Source: the human T2T-CHM13v2.0 reference genome, Homo sapiens. From it: 64,000 nt of DNA. The notes beneath the pieces were generated by a model. The model saw only the letters and a list, made by a program, of their open reading frames with translations, was not told the origin of the DNA and made no database searches. Position numbers and translations under genes: made by a program. How positions within the stretch are numbered: position 1 is the stretch's first letter; every line of letters begins with the position of its first letter. Shown one piece after another: positions 1 to 12,755 of this stretch. The stretch lies in assembly GCF_009914755.1 (NCBI RefSeq), contig NC_060947.1; one strand, written 5' to 3'.

Positions 1-129
1 ATGTGTTTGCTGAGAGAGAAACAGTTGCCTAAGAACTGGTGGGAAATGGTCTAGGAGAGTAAAGTGATTGGTGGAAAATCTTCATTTTAAAGAAAAACTT
101 CTGCCAACTTTTATCATTTTTTCTCATAC

Positions 130-362
130 CTTCTGCTTGATGATCATCTCGTTGATATCCTCAAGGTCACCCACCATCACCCTCTGTGATTTTATAACTT
201 GATCAAGCAGAGAAAGCCAGTCGGTAAGTTCTGTCCAAGCCCGGTTGAAATCTGCCAGAGCAGGTACCTCCAACATCAAGGAAGATGGCATTTCTAGTTT
301 GGAGATGGCAGTTTCCTTAGTAACCACAGGTTGTGTCACCAGAGTAACAGTCTGAGTAGGAG
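130..362 (-). CDS. DMD: Dystrophin exon 51 (233 nt; hinge 3 and start of spectrin-like repeat 20)
   Basis: Translates (S)PTQTVTLVTQPVVTKETAISKLEMPSSLMLEVPALADFNRAWTELTDWLSLLDQVIKSQRVMVGDLEDINEMIIKQK. Acceptor ttttag|CTCCTA at 363/362 and donor AAG|gtatga at 130/129. Length 233 nt matches exon 51. Confidence 0.99.
268..297 (+). promoter_or_regulatory. Exon 51 exon-skipping oligonucleotide target (eteplirsen sequence, exon +66 to +95; drisapersen 276-295)
   Basis: Plus strand reads CTCCAACATCAAGGAAGATGGCATTTCTAG, recognised as the eteplirsen sequence. It overlaps the Dp140 ATG. Confidence 0.92.
289..291 (-). other. DMD: Dp140 isoform initiation codon (GAA ATG CCA, MPSSLMLEV...; c.7381 in Dp427m numbering)
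   Basis: First in-frame ATG of exon 51, at exon nt 72. It is established that Dp140 translation starts in exon 51, so exons 49-50 are 5'UTR for that isoform. Confidence 0.9.
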
Positions 363-418
363 CTAAAATATTTTGGGTTTTTGCAAAAAGGAAAAAAGAA
401 GAAAAAGAAAAATTAGAA
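363..418 (-). promoter_or_regulatory. Exon 51 3' splice signal: candidate branch point (ttctaAt, A at 413), pyrimidine tract 385-412, A-rich spacer, TAG
   Basis: Minus strand reads gtttctaatttttctttttcttcttttttcctttttgcaaaaacccaaaatattttag. Branch point is inferred from consensus only. Confidence 0.7.
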
Positions 419-1104
419 ACACAAGCTAAAGAGCCAATTTCAATAACAATAAGTCAAATTTAATTGAAGAGTAACAATTTGAGCCAAACTCTTATTCATG
501 ACATTATATATCTTTTTCTAACAATGTGGATACTTTGTTTAGCAATACATGGTAGAAAATGAAAAGATTCAACCTTTTCATTAATATACATTTAACAATT
601 TTTTAAAAAACGATTTTGCTCATTCTCATGCCTGGACAAGTAACTTAAGTTAAATAAGCCTTCTCAGTAACAATCATATACATTGTGGAAGTGGTAAAGA
701 AAACAAAAGTTTTCAGACCTTGCCAGGGAAATAAATTTTACTTATTTTTTTTTTATTCAAGAAAAAACAAAGGCAAAACAAGATGGGATAAGATCTTCTT
801 TCTGATTTAAAATTCCCTTGAATAGGAAGTAAATTAATTTGAAGCTGGACCCTAGGGAAATCAAAGCCAATGAAACGTTCTTGTCTTAGCTCTGTATTTT
901 ATACTGGGAGCAGTTTATCATATTTTTTTCTTTTTATTTCAGATTGTTAGTAAACTGGCCAGCAGTGAAGAAAAACCAAGATACAATATTTTCTTAAAAA
1001 TGCGAGTTAGTAGTTTTTCTATTTAGACATGAAATACTGTTTCAAAGTCATTAAATAAATCTTAATATGAATAGTGTTGGACACTGTAGAGTAAGTCAGC
1101 CTAT

Positions 1105-1460
1105 GGTAATGGTTAAGATGCATAGTACTAGAATTAAAATGCCTGGTAGACAATCCTGTTCTCTGCCCTAGGAACTCTGGGACCTTGGTAAAGCCACATA
1201 ACCTCTCTAAGTTTCAGTTCTAACTTTTGTTCAGTACTAGCAATAAGCAGTAAGCAAGGCAAAGTGGGAAGCATTTTTCATGTATTTACCTTAAAAGAGG
1301 AATAATAACAGGGTAAATGTCATAAGGGCAGTTGTGTAGATTCAGTGAGTAGTACAAGCAATACACGTATGACAATGCCAGAAAGAGCAGCATAATCATC
1401 ATCATCACAATAATATTATTACAGCGCCTGACACTATAGTAGGTGATCAATAGTGTTAGG
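1105..1460 (+). mobile_element. MIR SINE (degenerate)
   Basis: taatggttaag...gaccttggtaaagccacataacctctctaagtttcagtt...gcctgacactatagtaggtgatcaata resembles the MIR core and 3' end. Confidence 0.65.
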
Positions 1461-2729
1461 TATTACTGTTTTTATAAACGCCTGGCTAGTAAGAAACACA
1501 GTGATGAACAACTGTGGTGAGAAACTGGAGATAAGGCCCCAAAATGTGAAATACTTGGGGAGTAGTCAGTCAAAAGTCCGTGTGTGGCCCTATATTGATT
1601 GAAGAGGGCTGAACTTGCTGGTGTGAATTGATACTAAATACCAACACACAGCTGGGTTATCAGAGGTGAGTGGTGAGGGGAAGGAATGCCTAATCAAGTT
1701 TATAGACAACAGACTCAAGAGCATAATATAACCAGAAGATTGGTGGCAAAATTATTGGACTATGTAGTTTGGGATGAAAGGTTTCAAGGAAAGCTGCAAA
1801 AGACATCTCAACAGGAGACTCACACTGGACAACCAGTGAACGATTCTAAGAATATTAAAAAAAAATGAGACATTGAATTTTCATTCTGAGGTAGCCAATC
1901 ATTAATTTTTATGGCTATGTAACTGTGCTTTTAAGGTTGTCTCCTCATTAGAGAAGAAGATGAGTAGAATGGAAGAATGTTTCTTGTCTCTCAAGCTTCT
2001 CAGGGACACCAAGAGTTTTCTATGAATGAAGGAACTAATTTTGATCAATGCAGACAGAAAAAAATAGTGTTTTAATTGTCAGAGAGAATAAAAAAATTTG
2101 TGTCACGAAACAATGATTGAAAGGCAGTAACAGTGAGGCAATAAAGAAAAAGTTTTGTTTCTCAAAGCTATCTGACTACTCTGAGGCTCTTTCTAGAAAG
2201 AATTAAATGTAATGTAAAGAAGAAATAGCATTTTGTGTCACAGTCCAGGAGAAGAAATCATGGAAGCAAAAAGATCTAGAAATCTTAAAAGGGATTCCAG
2301 GAAAGGAGCTAAATATCCAGAGAGGATGCATGTGTGAGGATGAAAAGAGAGCTAAATTAAAATATCACTGTAGGAACTAACTGCAGAACACCAGGCTGAC
2401 TGGCAAATGTGGATGGAGTGTTCCTAAAATAGATACACAAGGTATACTGAGGCAATATACAGCAATTTAGGAGGATTTCAAGCTTATGGGAAGTGTCAGA
2501 AAATGCTTTTTTAAAAAGTGACTTATTGAAAATTTGACCCTCAAATAAGAGCAGAGACAAGAGATTTTTTTTTTTTCTCCAGACTTACTTCTGACCATGA
2601 AAGAAGTACCTAATGAGGTGGAAATGATCATGTCACACTAAATTTCAATAAAGTGAAGGATGAGGAACTAGAGAATTATCAGACTTCAACAAGCAGACCA
2701 CTGTTTCCTGAAAAGCACGTTTGGAAAAA

Positions 2730-2925
2730 GACAGAAAGGAAGAAGGAAAGAAGAAAGTCAGGGAGGGAGGGAGGGAGGAAGGAGGGAGGGAGGGAGGGAG
2801 GGAATCTATTGAAAAGCAAGGCAAGACAAGGCAGGAAGGCAGGAAGGAAGGAAGTCAGGAAGCCAGGCAGGAAGGGAAGGAAGGAGGAAGGAATCTATTG
2901 GAAGTCTATTGAAAAGCAAGGCCAG
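2730..2925 (+). repeat. Purine-rich (GGAA/GGGA)n low-complexity tract with duplicated TCTATTGAAAAGCAAGGC
   Basis: Directly visible; the 18-mer occurs at 2805-2822 and 2905-2922. Confidence 0.9.
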
Positions 2926-3584
2926 GGCCTGAGACTCAAAAAGAGAGAATGGTTCATGATGACTAAATATGCCATTGGGATGATAAATTAGCTGAAGCAT
3001 ATTCAGAGGATGATGGAGAGGTCTAGCAATGCGGCCATCCCTGCGCCAGTCATGGGCAGATAATCTCATCTATAGACCCGTCAGGCCAGTATTTCTGGTC
3101 TTCTCTTCTCCAGCATGCACCACCTGAAGAACATCTATCTGTACACTGCTGGGAAAGGGAGGGGAAACCTTATCAGACTTTCTCACTGCTCTATCTCTTG
3201 CATCTTGCACATGTCCTGGAGTATAGGAGGTGCTCAATTGATTCCCTTTGAATCTAAAGAAAAGTCAATGTGCAGTAAGCTCTTTAGTGAACTTAGAGGT
3301 CTTCTACATACAATGAGTACTAAAATTTAACAGCCACCCATTAGAATGGAAGAATGGAGGCTAGAACACAAAACATGCCTAGGTTTTTACTAGTTAGGTG
3401 ATTTTAGCTATTTTCACGAGAAGATAATGGAGGAAGACCCACTGCTTGGAGCAGACAATGAAAGATCAAATATTAAAGAGAGAAAATACAGCCAGTCAAT
3501 TTATTTGCCCCCAACCCCACACACATACATTTTTTTTCCTATCGAAGGGAGAAAAGCAGGAAATAGCTCTGAATCAGAAAGCAG

Positions 3585-3745
3585 GGTGTAGAATATTTAG
3601 GCTTTCTAGGACCAGATTGTTGTATTTGAATCCTTGCTCTATAATTTTTTTTTTTTTTAGCTGTGTAACTATAGTCAGATGACTTAACCTCTCTGAATCT
3701 CCATTTACTCCTCTGTAAAGTGGCGATTATAATAGTACTTCCTTC
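3585..3745 (+). mobile_element. MIR SINE
   Basis: tttgaatccttgctct...gctgtgtaact...acttaacctctctgaatctc...ctgtaaagtggcgattataatagtac. Confidence 0.75.
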
Positions 3746-4645
3746 ATAGACAACTGGCCTTACTTTTTCCTAAATAGACAATCTTGGAAAAGTAATGTTC
3801 ACTGACATTGGAGGCATCTTGAGGTAAGGAATTATACTATGCCTGCTACAATGAACATCTTGACCCTCAAAAGTTTTCACCTGTGTAACTATGAAAACAG
3901 TACCAATCTAATGGAATTGTGTTACGGATTTTATGACATCATACATGTAAGTCACCTCCTAGGATTGTTCTGACTGTAAGTACACTATGTGGATTTTTTT
4001 CTTCCTCTTTTTCCTGCATTTCTCACACAATGGTTATTGGCTCCTCATGTTCTACATTCGTATGGGATTTTATGCTCTGTACTCTGAACCAGATTTGACC
4101 CTCCAGACTTACCTCTCTCCATTCTTTCCAGGCTCCTCCACACCCATGTCTATTGTGCATTCTCTCATGAGCACAGGCCATTTCAAACCTGTGTCCTTTC
4201 ATACGCTTTCTATACTTCTTGAAAACTTTTTCTCTCCTGTTTCCAGACAAAAATCTCATTTTCTCTTTAAATGTCAACTCTAGATTTCTGTGTTTTGGGG
4301 AGGACCAGAATAAGAAGTGTGTAACTAAAATATCTCCATGAGGAACAGAATTACACCTTTCTTGTGGGTCCTAAACACTTTTTAGTCTTTAACGTTTTCT
4401 TACTTAAATCTAGTTATCACTAGGAAGGACAAAATCTTGCACCACTATTAGGTTTTGGAGGATTTTGAAAGTGTCTAGAGGATAGCTGATAGTAGTTGAG
4501 AGTTGGATTCTAAAGTCAGAAACTTTGGGTCTCAAGGAATATACTTTAAAACATAAAGAAGCAAGAGGCTAATCTTCATCGACCTCTCACATTAGAGCCA
4601 TTTCTGTTCAGAAAAACATTACTTAAAATATTTTATGTTTTCTAA

Positions 4646-5041
<396 letters not shown>

Positions 5042-5856
5042 TATTTATCTTATTTTATTGTATATATCACATTGATTCTTACTGCACTTTCAGATGCGTT
5101 TACCTTTATCTAACACATATGCGGTTCTTTCTTTTCCACCATGTCATAGTACTAGAAATATATGCAAATCACCTTTTTCAGTGAAGTGTAGGCTGGTCAG
5201 ATTTGTTAGTGGTTTTGTACAGTCTGAGCAACCTGTTCACAGTTCTAAGGGTCAGGCAGGGTCGTATTGTTGTGCCAAGGATATTTCCTGTTAAGTCAAT
5301 ATTTTAAAAGACTGAAAGAGGATTTGTTTTGCTAAGAGTGCCTGAATCCATAATCTAGAACGAACGGGTAAAGAGTTAGGATATATAAATTATTACATAG
5401 AATTTTCAATGATGTTCTGGGCTGGGTCTCCTGTTGTCATCCCTAAGGAGCATGGGAAATGGCTTCCCCTCCAGCTGGCGGAAATCCTTTCCTGTGTACC
5501 CTATTTAATCTTAACCCCAAGTCTGTTCATGCCTGGGCATTCACCCCGTTTCTTATGCCCCTATCTTGGGTTACAAGAAGCTGGCTCTGGTATTAGCTGG
5601 TTCAGATCTCAGCCTCTCTAACCACCTCAGAGACTAAGGGTATTCTTCTCAAGTCCATTGGAGGAATTGTCTTTTCCTGCCTAGGGTCCTTACTGAAAAT
5701 AGTCTTTCTGATGTTATGCTATTAAAGGTTCCTCCAGTAACAGATTTGGGTGGGTTTTGTTTGTTTGTTTTTTGCTCAATCACCTTATGCCAGAACCAGA
5801 TGTATTACAATGTACAAAATTAAACTGTATATCTAGGTAGACAGATAGATACACAC

Positions 5857-5858
<2 letters not shown>

Positions 5859-5897
<39 letters not shown>
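5859..5897. repeat. (TG)19 microsatellite, STR50 marker (DXS1235)
   Basis: Perfect TG run in intron 50. Flanks AAGGTTCCTCCAGTAACAGATTTGG (~5725) and GTCTGAGGACATACTATGTAGCATA (~5948) match the STR50 primer sites as I recall them. Confidence 0.88.
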
Positions 5898-5900
<3 letters not shown>

Positions 5901-7864
5901 GAGAGACAGACAGAGACAGAGCAAGAGAGAGAGAGGGCATCTGAATAGTCTGAGGACATACTATGTAGCATAATACCTTTCTCATGCATTCATTAGAAAA
6001 TTAAAATGACTGTACTAAAATTGTGGTTTTCCCTCCATAGTTAAGCAGACAGAAAATCAAGCTCAAAATAGTTGAAATGAATTGAGTTTGGCACACCAGA
6101 ATGGTAGCATGAATAACAGTAGGTGTAATATACTATTGCAAACCACAGCTTTGCTCTGAGTATTTTGTTAATTAAAAGGTGTTGGCTTTAGGAAGGAACT
6201 CTTATTTTTTTCAAGTGTTTGAAGAACACTTCTCTAGTCTGAAAATTTAATTGGTTTCAGGGGTACATGATTAGTCAGACTAACAGCTTTACTTAGAGCT
6301 TTAAAGGAGCTACTAAGTCTTTTAAAACACACACACAATGTGTTTGGCATATTTCCTTTGAAGTATTCACACATGGTTTTCCTGTAATTCACAGGTCTCC
6401 TTTGGTTGATAAGAAAGCAAGAAGCACATACTCTATTTCTAGCTTTGTTGAATGAATGTGGGTAACTTTTTTTGTTTGCTTCACTTTTATATTTGAAAAA
6501 TCACTCAACTTACAAAATAAGTTATTGGGCTCACATTAACAATTCTATGAGAGAATATCTAAAAAGTGCTGTTAGATATTCCCTTCCTCCTTATCATTCC
6601 ATGTCAACAGGAGAGCAATGTTATATGTGATCAAATTGCATTACTATTTAATACTATGGGGTATAAGAAAGATTGTTAGCGACTTCCATCTCACTAGTAG
6701 ATAAAATAACTCTCCTCCATGTAAGCAACATTGGAGAATATTTTCTTTTTGAATATTTGAAAGGATGGCATTTGGATTAATGAATTCCGTAAGAATTCAA
6801 GAGAACTTCTGAAGAAAATTTGAAATCATGTCTAGATTCTAAGAAAGACAATCTATTGTGTAGGTAAGGAAGAATTTCATGTCTTCCCTCTAAATATTTA
6901 CAGTCTGCACATACAAGTTGGAAAATTAGAAACAAACACTATGAACACATAAACACTTATTTTTGTCTGCTTTCTTTTCTGTCACTCTAAAGAGTAAATA
7001 AAATATATGACACACCTAACATCAATAATTCTCATTTTAGAAAAATAAATGCTTGTACTCTACATAGGCAAGGCCGGAGTACTGGAACTCAAGGATTCAT
7101 GATAACCATTTGTATTTCTGGATTTAAGAAAAAAAAATGTTAAGTTTGGGAGCTATGGATTTTTAAAGCTTAATGGTGCTATTTGCTTACATTTTAATAG
7201 ATTCTTTCTTGCTATTAAAAATATAATCCAAATAAATATTTGCTACTACTTACAAGTAAGATAATTGCCACCAACACTGCCATCACCCCCATCATTTACT
7301 CAGTGATTCTTATGTGCTAGGCAAGGTTCTTCATAAACCCTCTTTTATTTCACCTTTACCAAACCATCTTCAGGGTAGATGTTATCATCCCCCTTTTACC
7401 AAGGTAACGAAACTTGTTCAGGATCTCACATTAACAAGTGATGTTTCCAAGACAATGTGCTTAACCACTGCACATATTTCTAAGAATCATAGGACATCAG
7501 GTATCTTTCTTACATGTCTCATTCAATATGCAAGAATTATTAATCACTCAAATACTTCTAAGAGCTATAGCTTATAATATATGGTATCCATGAAATATAT
7601 CTAATATCCATTTTAATTTGGGAGAGAAGATCATTTGATATAGCTATAAAAATATGGATTGTAACAATCAAGCGCATCTGGCATCCACTCACAACTTAAA
7701 TATTACCCTTGAGAAATATCTCCAACCTGACTTTAAACATATCCTTCCTTCACTAACTTGAATAGAGAAATAATCATTGCCTTTTCCTGTTTTAGTTGAA
7801 ATCATCTAAGTGCCCTTCTATAACTAACATTATATGAATTCATCTACATGCGCTCAGTGAAAAG

Positions 7865-8066
7865 CAGGGTTTCTCAATCTCAGCACTATTGACATTTTTG
7901 TCCCAGATAATTTTTTGTCGTGAGTGGCTGTCCTGTGCATTGTAGGATCAGAATTGCTTGTCAGTATCTCTGGCCAGAGCTCCCTCCTAGATGTACAACC
8001 AAAAATGTCTCCTGACATTACCAAATGTCTCCTGAGGAAAGAAAAATTGCTTATGGTTGAGCATGT
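7865..8066 (-). mobile_element. MER20 hAT-Charlie DNA transposon
   Basis: cagggtttctcaatctcagcactattgacattttt...gctgtcctgtgcattgtagga...caaccaaaaatgtctcc is the MER20 reverse complement. Confidence 0.9.
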
Positions 8067-8344
8067 CTCAATTAAAAGGATTTTCCATCTCTCCCTACCC
8101 ACCCACCTCTCAAATAGCTGCTTAGAATTTGTGCTGGAAATCATTTATGCCTATCCAATTTTTTTTTTCTCATTCCTCAGAAGTAGAAATTAAGAGAAAT
8201 TGTTAAGGGCTTCTCTTTCCAACATGATATTGGGCAGGCACTGAAGTATCCATAAGTAAACCACAAACTTATGGCTGCCAAGGAATAATAAATAATATTA
8301 CACAGGAACTGTCTTAGTGACAAAAATGACAACATCTCTGCTGG

Positions 8345-8849
8345 AGAGTAAATGTCCACAGATTCTCCTCTTGCATCTACACTTTTGTCAAGAGATATTC
8401 CAGATTCTCCCATTAAGAGCCGTAGTCTGTTTCTCCACTCCTTGAATATGGATTGGTCAAGTCACTTGTTTCGGCTAATGAGGTATCAGCAAACATGACA
8501 TAAGCAGAGGCTTAACAATGCTTGGGTGTTGGGCTATGCTTGGAACTCTTCCACCGCTATGGAACTATGCTAGCCTGATGAATAATTACAGGCAAGTGAT
8601 CCTGTCACCCACACCGTCTCAACTTATAACCAAAAAGTTATACCAGACATATGAATGCCACATGTGGTCATCAACTACCAGCTGACCACGAGTGCATGAA
8701 TGAGCACAGCTGAGTCTAGCAAAAGAATCGCCTCGATGAACCAAGCCCCAAGCAGAATCAAGAATCATGAGCTAAAAAAAAAAAATGATTCTTATTTTAA
8801 GTCTCTACATTTGGGGTAGCTTGTTACACAGCAATAGATAGCTGACACA
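8345..8849 (+). mobile_element. MLT1-family MaLR solo LTR
   Basis: Typical 3' end ttttaagtctctacatttggggtagcttgttacacagcaatagatagctgacaca; 5' boundary approximate. Confidence 0.75.
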
Positions 8850-10324
8850 GCATCCATTTTTACCTGTTAAACACTTGTACGCAAAACAGGATTTAAAATT
8901 CCCTTCCCATTACCACAGAAATTAAAAGAAAAATGCTTATCCAGCAGAGAGAACACAGCTGGAAAAGACGGAGTCTTTAAGTTAAAATGTGGAATGGAAT
9001 TCCACAGAGAATGGAAGATTCACATAGTCACTCTATGAGGTCAATAAATCAGGCAGCCAGCATTTGACAGGATATTTGAAGAAAGTAACACTTTTAGCAG
9101 AAACTCACTATTAATGCACTAAGACCTTTGTATATGAAAAAAGTAGAGTATGTAATAATAAGAGCCAAGAAGTAGGCAGCCCAGTGCAGAAGACAAGGGA
9201 AGAAAAAGCCAGATGAAACCATAATAAAGACCACGCTATTGATGAAGGGTGGTCATCAATTGCAAAACTGATATCAGAATAAAATCCACATAACCATTTG
9301 AGTATAACCAGCTAGAGAACATTGTGTAGTTCTTATTACAGAAAATACACTGCTATTCTACCAAAATTCTGAGCACCTTAAAAAACTCCTGAATTAAATA
9401 ATTTATTCTGATTTGGGTTTGTTTATTCAATTTTTTAAAATAGAGTTCCTCCTACCTGAATGTTAGAGACAAGACTCTGCAGTGAAAACTAAGCAAAATG
9501 AGGTAAGCAGTGTTTTCTACAGAATTCAGTCTAAATCTCTTATTTGTTTGGGAGAGCTACGTTTTCACCTTAAGCAGAAAAATAATTAGCGATGTGTTTT
9601 GAAAGTTGTTATATAATGAATAAGATCCTCTACCATGTGTCAGGCCCTCACAAGCCTCATCCACCAGAGGAGATGATAAGCTATTTGAGATAAGTATCAG
9701 AATCATCTTTTCCTTCCTCACAAGACCAAAGGTCTGAAAAATAACAGGGTCTCAATCAAAATTTGTTGTTGTTTTCACAATTAGAATGAGGTGCAAGTTG
9801 CAATGTACTAAGCAGAGTCCTTAAGTGTAATCTCGTTCTCTCTCTAAATATATATATGCATATGTATATATAGTCTAAATATATATATTTAGAGAGAGAC
9901 AGAGAAGTTATATAAATTAATATAACAGAGTTATGTAACTGTGATTTACAGTTTCCTCAGAGTTTCAATCTAGAACTTCATCAGTGAGAAAAAAGAGGAA
10001 CCATTAGTGCAATGTAAATGCGACAATATTAAATAGTCTTAAAATGTAGATTCTTTTGGTTCAAATCAATTATAATATATTTGCACAAGATCTGGACAGC
10101 ATAAAAATGCCTTTTTAGTCATTTTCTGCATTGGTTCCTCATCATACCACTCTGGTGTGGATAGGGAAAACATGATTACTATCAATTTATAGAACGGGAA
10201 ACTAAATTCAGATAAATTAAAATACTTCTTCAAGATCAACATTTAGTAAATTAGATGAAAGGTTCTGAGAAATCTGTATTTTAAGAAGAAAGGCTCTGAG
10301 GTGAGTAATTAATAAGGAATTCAC

Positions 10325-11640
10325 CAAAAACAATTAACCTGATTTTAAAATGGGCAAGGATTTAAATAGACATTTCTCCAAAGAAAATATATACACAGCC
10401 AACAAGCATCTGAAAACATACTCAACATCGTCAATCATCGGGGAAATGCAAATGAAGAACGAAAACCACAATGAGATATTACCTCACAACCATGAGGATG
10501 ACCACGATCATAAACAGAAAATAACATGTGCTGGCAAGGATGTGGAGAAACTGAAACACTTCTGCATTGTTGGTGGGAATGTGAAAAGGTGTAGCCACTA
10601 TGGAAAACCGTATGGAAGTTCCTCAAAACATAAAAATAGAATTATCATATAATCCAGTCCTCAAAAAATAAAAATAGAATTATCATATAATCCAGCAATC
10701 CCATTTCTGGGTGTACGGTTAGTCCCCAACTTACTAAGGTCTAACTTGTAATTTTTGGACTTTACAATGGTGTGAAAGCGATATGCATTCATTAAGAAAC
10801 CATACTTCAAATTTTGAATTTTGATCTTTTCTAGGGCTAGTAAATATGCAGTATGATACTCTCTTCTGACATATTGGGTTGCAGCATGATATTTATCATG
10901 AGGATAAATAATTGATACTCTACTATGTACTGTGTTGCAAGATGATTTTGCCCAGATGTACTGTAATCTACATGTTCTGATAACATTTAAAGTATGCTAG
11001 ACTAAGCAATGATGTTTGGTAGCTTAGGCATATTAAATTAATTTTTGACATGATATTTTCAACTTATGATGGGCTGATTGGGATGTAATCCCAGTGTAAA
11101 TCAATGAGCATCTGTATATCCAAAAGAATTAAAAACAGGATCTTAAAGAGATATTTGCACACTCATATTAACTGCGGCATAATTCACAATAGCCAAAAAT
11201 TGAAGTAACTAAAATGTCCATTGATTGATAAACGGATTAAAAAATGTGGTATAGGACACAACGGAATATTATTACTCGGCCACAAAAAAAGAAGGAAATC
11301 CTTTCCTATGCTACAACATGGGTGTACCTTGAAGACATTATGCTAAGTGAAATAAGCCAGTCATAAAATGACAAATACTGCATGCTTCCTTTTATATGAT
11401 GTATCTAAAGTAGTTAAACTCTTTAGAGACAGAAAGTAGAGTGGTCATATTGCCAGTGCTGGGGTACAGGGAGCAATGGGAGCTCTTCAGTGGGTTTGGA
11501 GTTTCGGATTTGAGAGATGAAAACATTCTAGAGATCTGTTGAATAACAATGTATGTATAGTTAACACTACTGGTTTGTACACATAAAACAGTTAAGCTGG
11601 CAAAGTTTGTATTATGTGGGTTTTGTTTTTCAACCACATT
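10325..11640 (+). mobile_element. Old L1 (L1MA/L1MB-type) ORF2 3' end and 3'UTR, interrupted by MER47
   Basis: ORF 10350-10652 ([15 protein letters not shown]...) is decayed L1 ORF2 C-terminus. The sequence resumes at 11117 after the insertion. Confidence 0.9.
10716..11114 (-). mobile_element. MER47B-like TcMar-Tigger element nested in L1
   Basis: Degenerate TIRs and TA duplication at 10714-10715 and 11115-11116. Both ends are homologous in reverse to the element at 19583-19998. Confidence 0.85.
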
Positions 11641-11642
11641 TT

Positions 11643-12504
11643 TTAAATTATACTTTAAGTTCTGGGATACATGTGCAGAATGTACAGGTTTGCTACGTAG
11701 GTATACACGTGCCATGGTGGTTTGCTGTACCCATCAACCCTTCATCTACATTAGGTATTTCTCCTAACGTTATCCCTCCCTCTGCCCCCCAATCCCCCAA
11801 CTGGTGTGTGATGTTCCCCTCCCCCATCTCCATGTGTTCTCATCGTTCAACTCCCACTTATGAGTGAGAACATGCGGTGTTTGGTTTTCTGTTCCTGTGT
11901 TAGTTTGCTGAGAATGATGGTTTCCAGCTTCATCCATGTCCTTACAAAGGACACGAACGCATCCTTTTTTATGGCTGCATAGTATTCTATGGTGTATATG
12001 TGCCACATTTTCTGTATCCAGTCTATTATTGATGGACATTTGGGTTGGTTCCAAGTCTTTGCTATTGTAAACAGTGCTGCAACAAACGTACGTGTGCATG
12101 TGTCTTTACAGTAGAATGATTTATAATCCTTTGGGTATATACCCAGTAATGGGATGGCTGAGTTAAATGGTATTTCTGGTTGTAGATCCTTGAGGAATCG
12201 CCACACGGTCTTCCACAATGGTTGAAGTAATTCACACTCCCACCAACAGTGTAAAAGCGTTCCTATTTCTCCACATCCTCTCCAGCATCTGTTGTTTCCT
12301 GACTTTTTAATGATCGCCTTTCTAACTGATGTGAGATGGTATCTCATTGCGGTTTTGATTTGCATTTCTCTAATGACCAGTGATGATGAGCTTTTTTTCA
12401 TGTGTCTTTTGGCCACATAAATGTCTTCTTTTGAGAAGAGTCTGTTTATATCCTTCCCCCACTTTTTGATGGGGTTGTTTGTTTTTTTCTTGTAAATTTG
12501 ATTA
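11643..12504 (-). mobile_element. 5'-truncated primate L1PA (about L1PA7/8), ~860 bp
   Basis: ORF 11847-12512 is L1 ORF2p C-terminus ([18 protein letters not shown]...MFSLISGS). TSD aaccacatttt at 11632-11642 and 12505-12515. Confidence 0.95.
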
Positions 12505-12755
12505 AACCACATTTTATTTTAAAAGGGAATTCATAGACCAGGTGAATTGTGGACTTTTTAAAATTCCCTTCTGAGTTAAGGAGATTTAAAAGAGATTTTT
12601 TTGAGTACTATAATAAATATCATCCTGTAAATTCCAATGGTTCTGATATATTAAGGCCCAGTGGAAAATAATCGATTTATTTTATGTCCTCACTACTCCT
12701 ACTTGCATCCTCATTGCAATATTTGTGGGGTAAGCAGAATATGCCAGTGCCTCTC

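Noticed and set aside
20-1110. Sites recalled as published Cas9 guide targets flanking exon 51 (~21-43, ~851-872, ~1084-1106)
   Set aside because: These are natural genomic sequence with no editing scar, not biological features.
1900-2720. Possible CR1/L3 remnant
   Set aside because: Similarity too faint to support without a profile search.
11847-12512. Longest ORF (221 aa) as a novel gene
   Set aside because: It is the C-terminus of L1 ORF2p in a 5'-truncated L1PA, with no promoter or genuine start.
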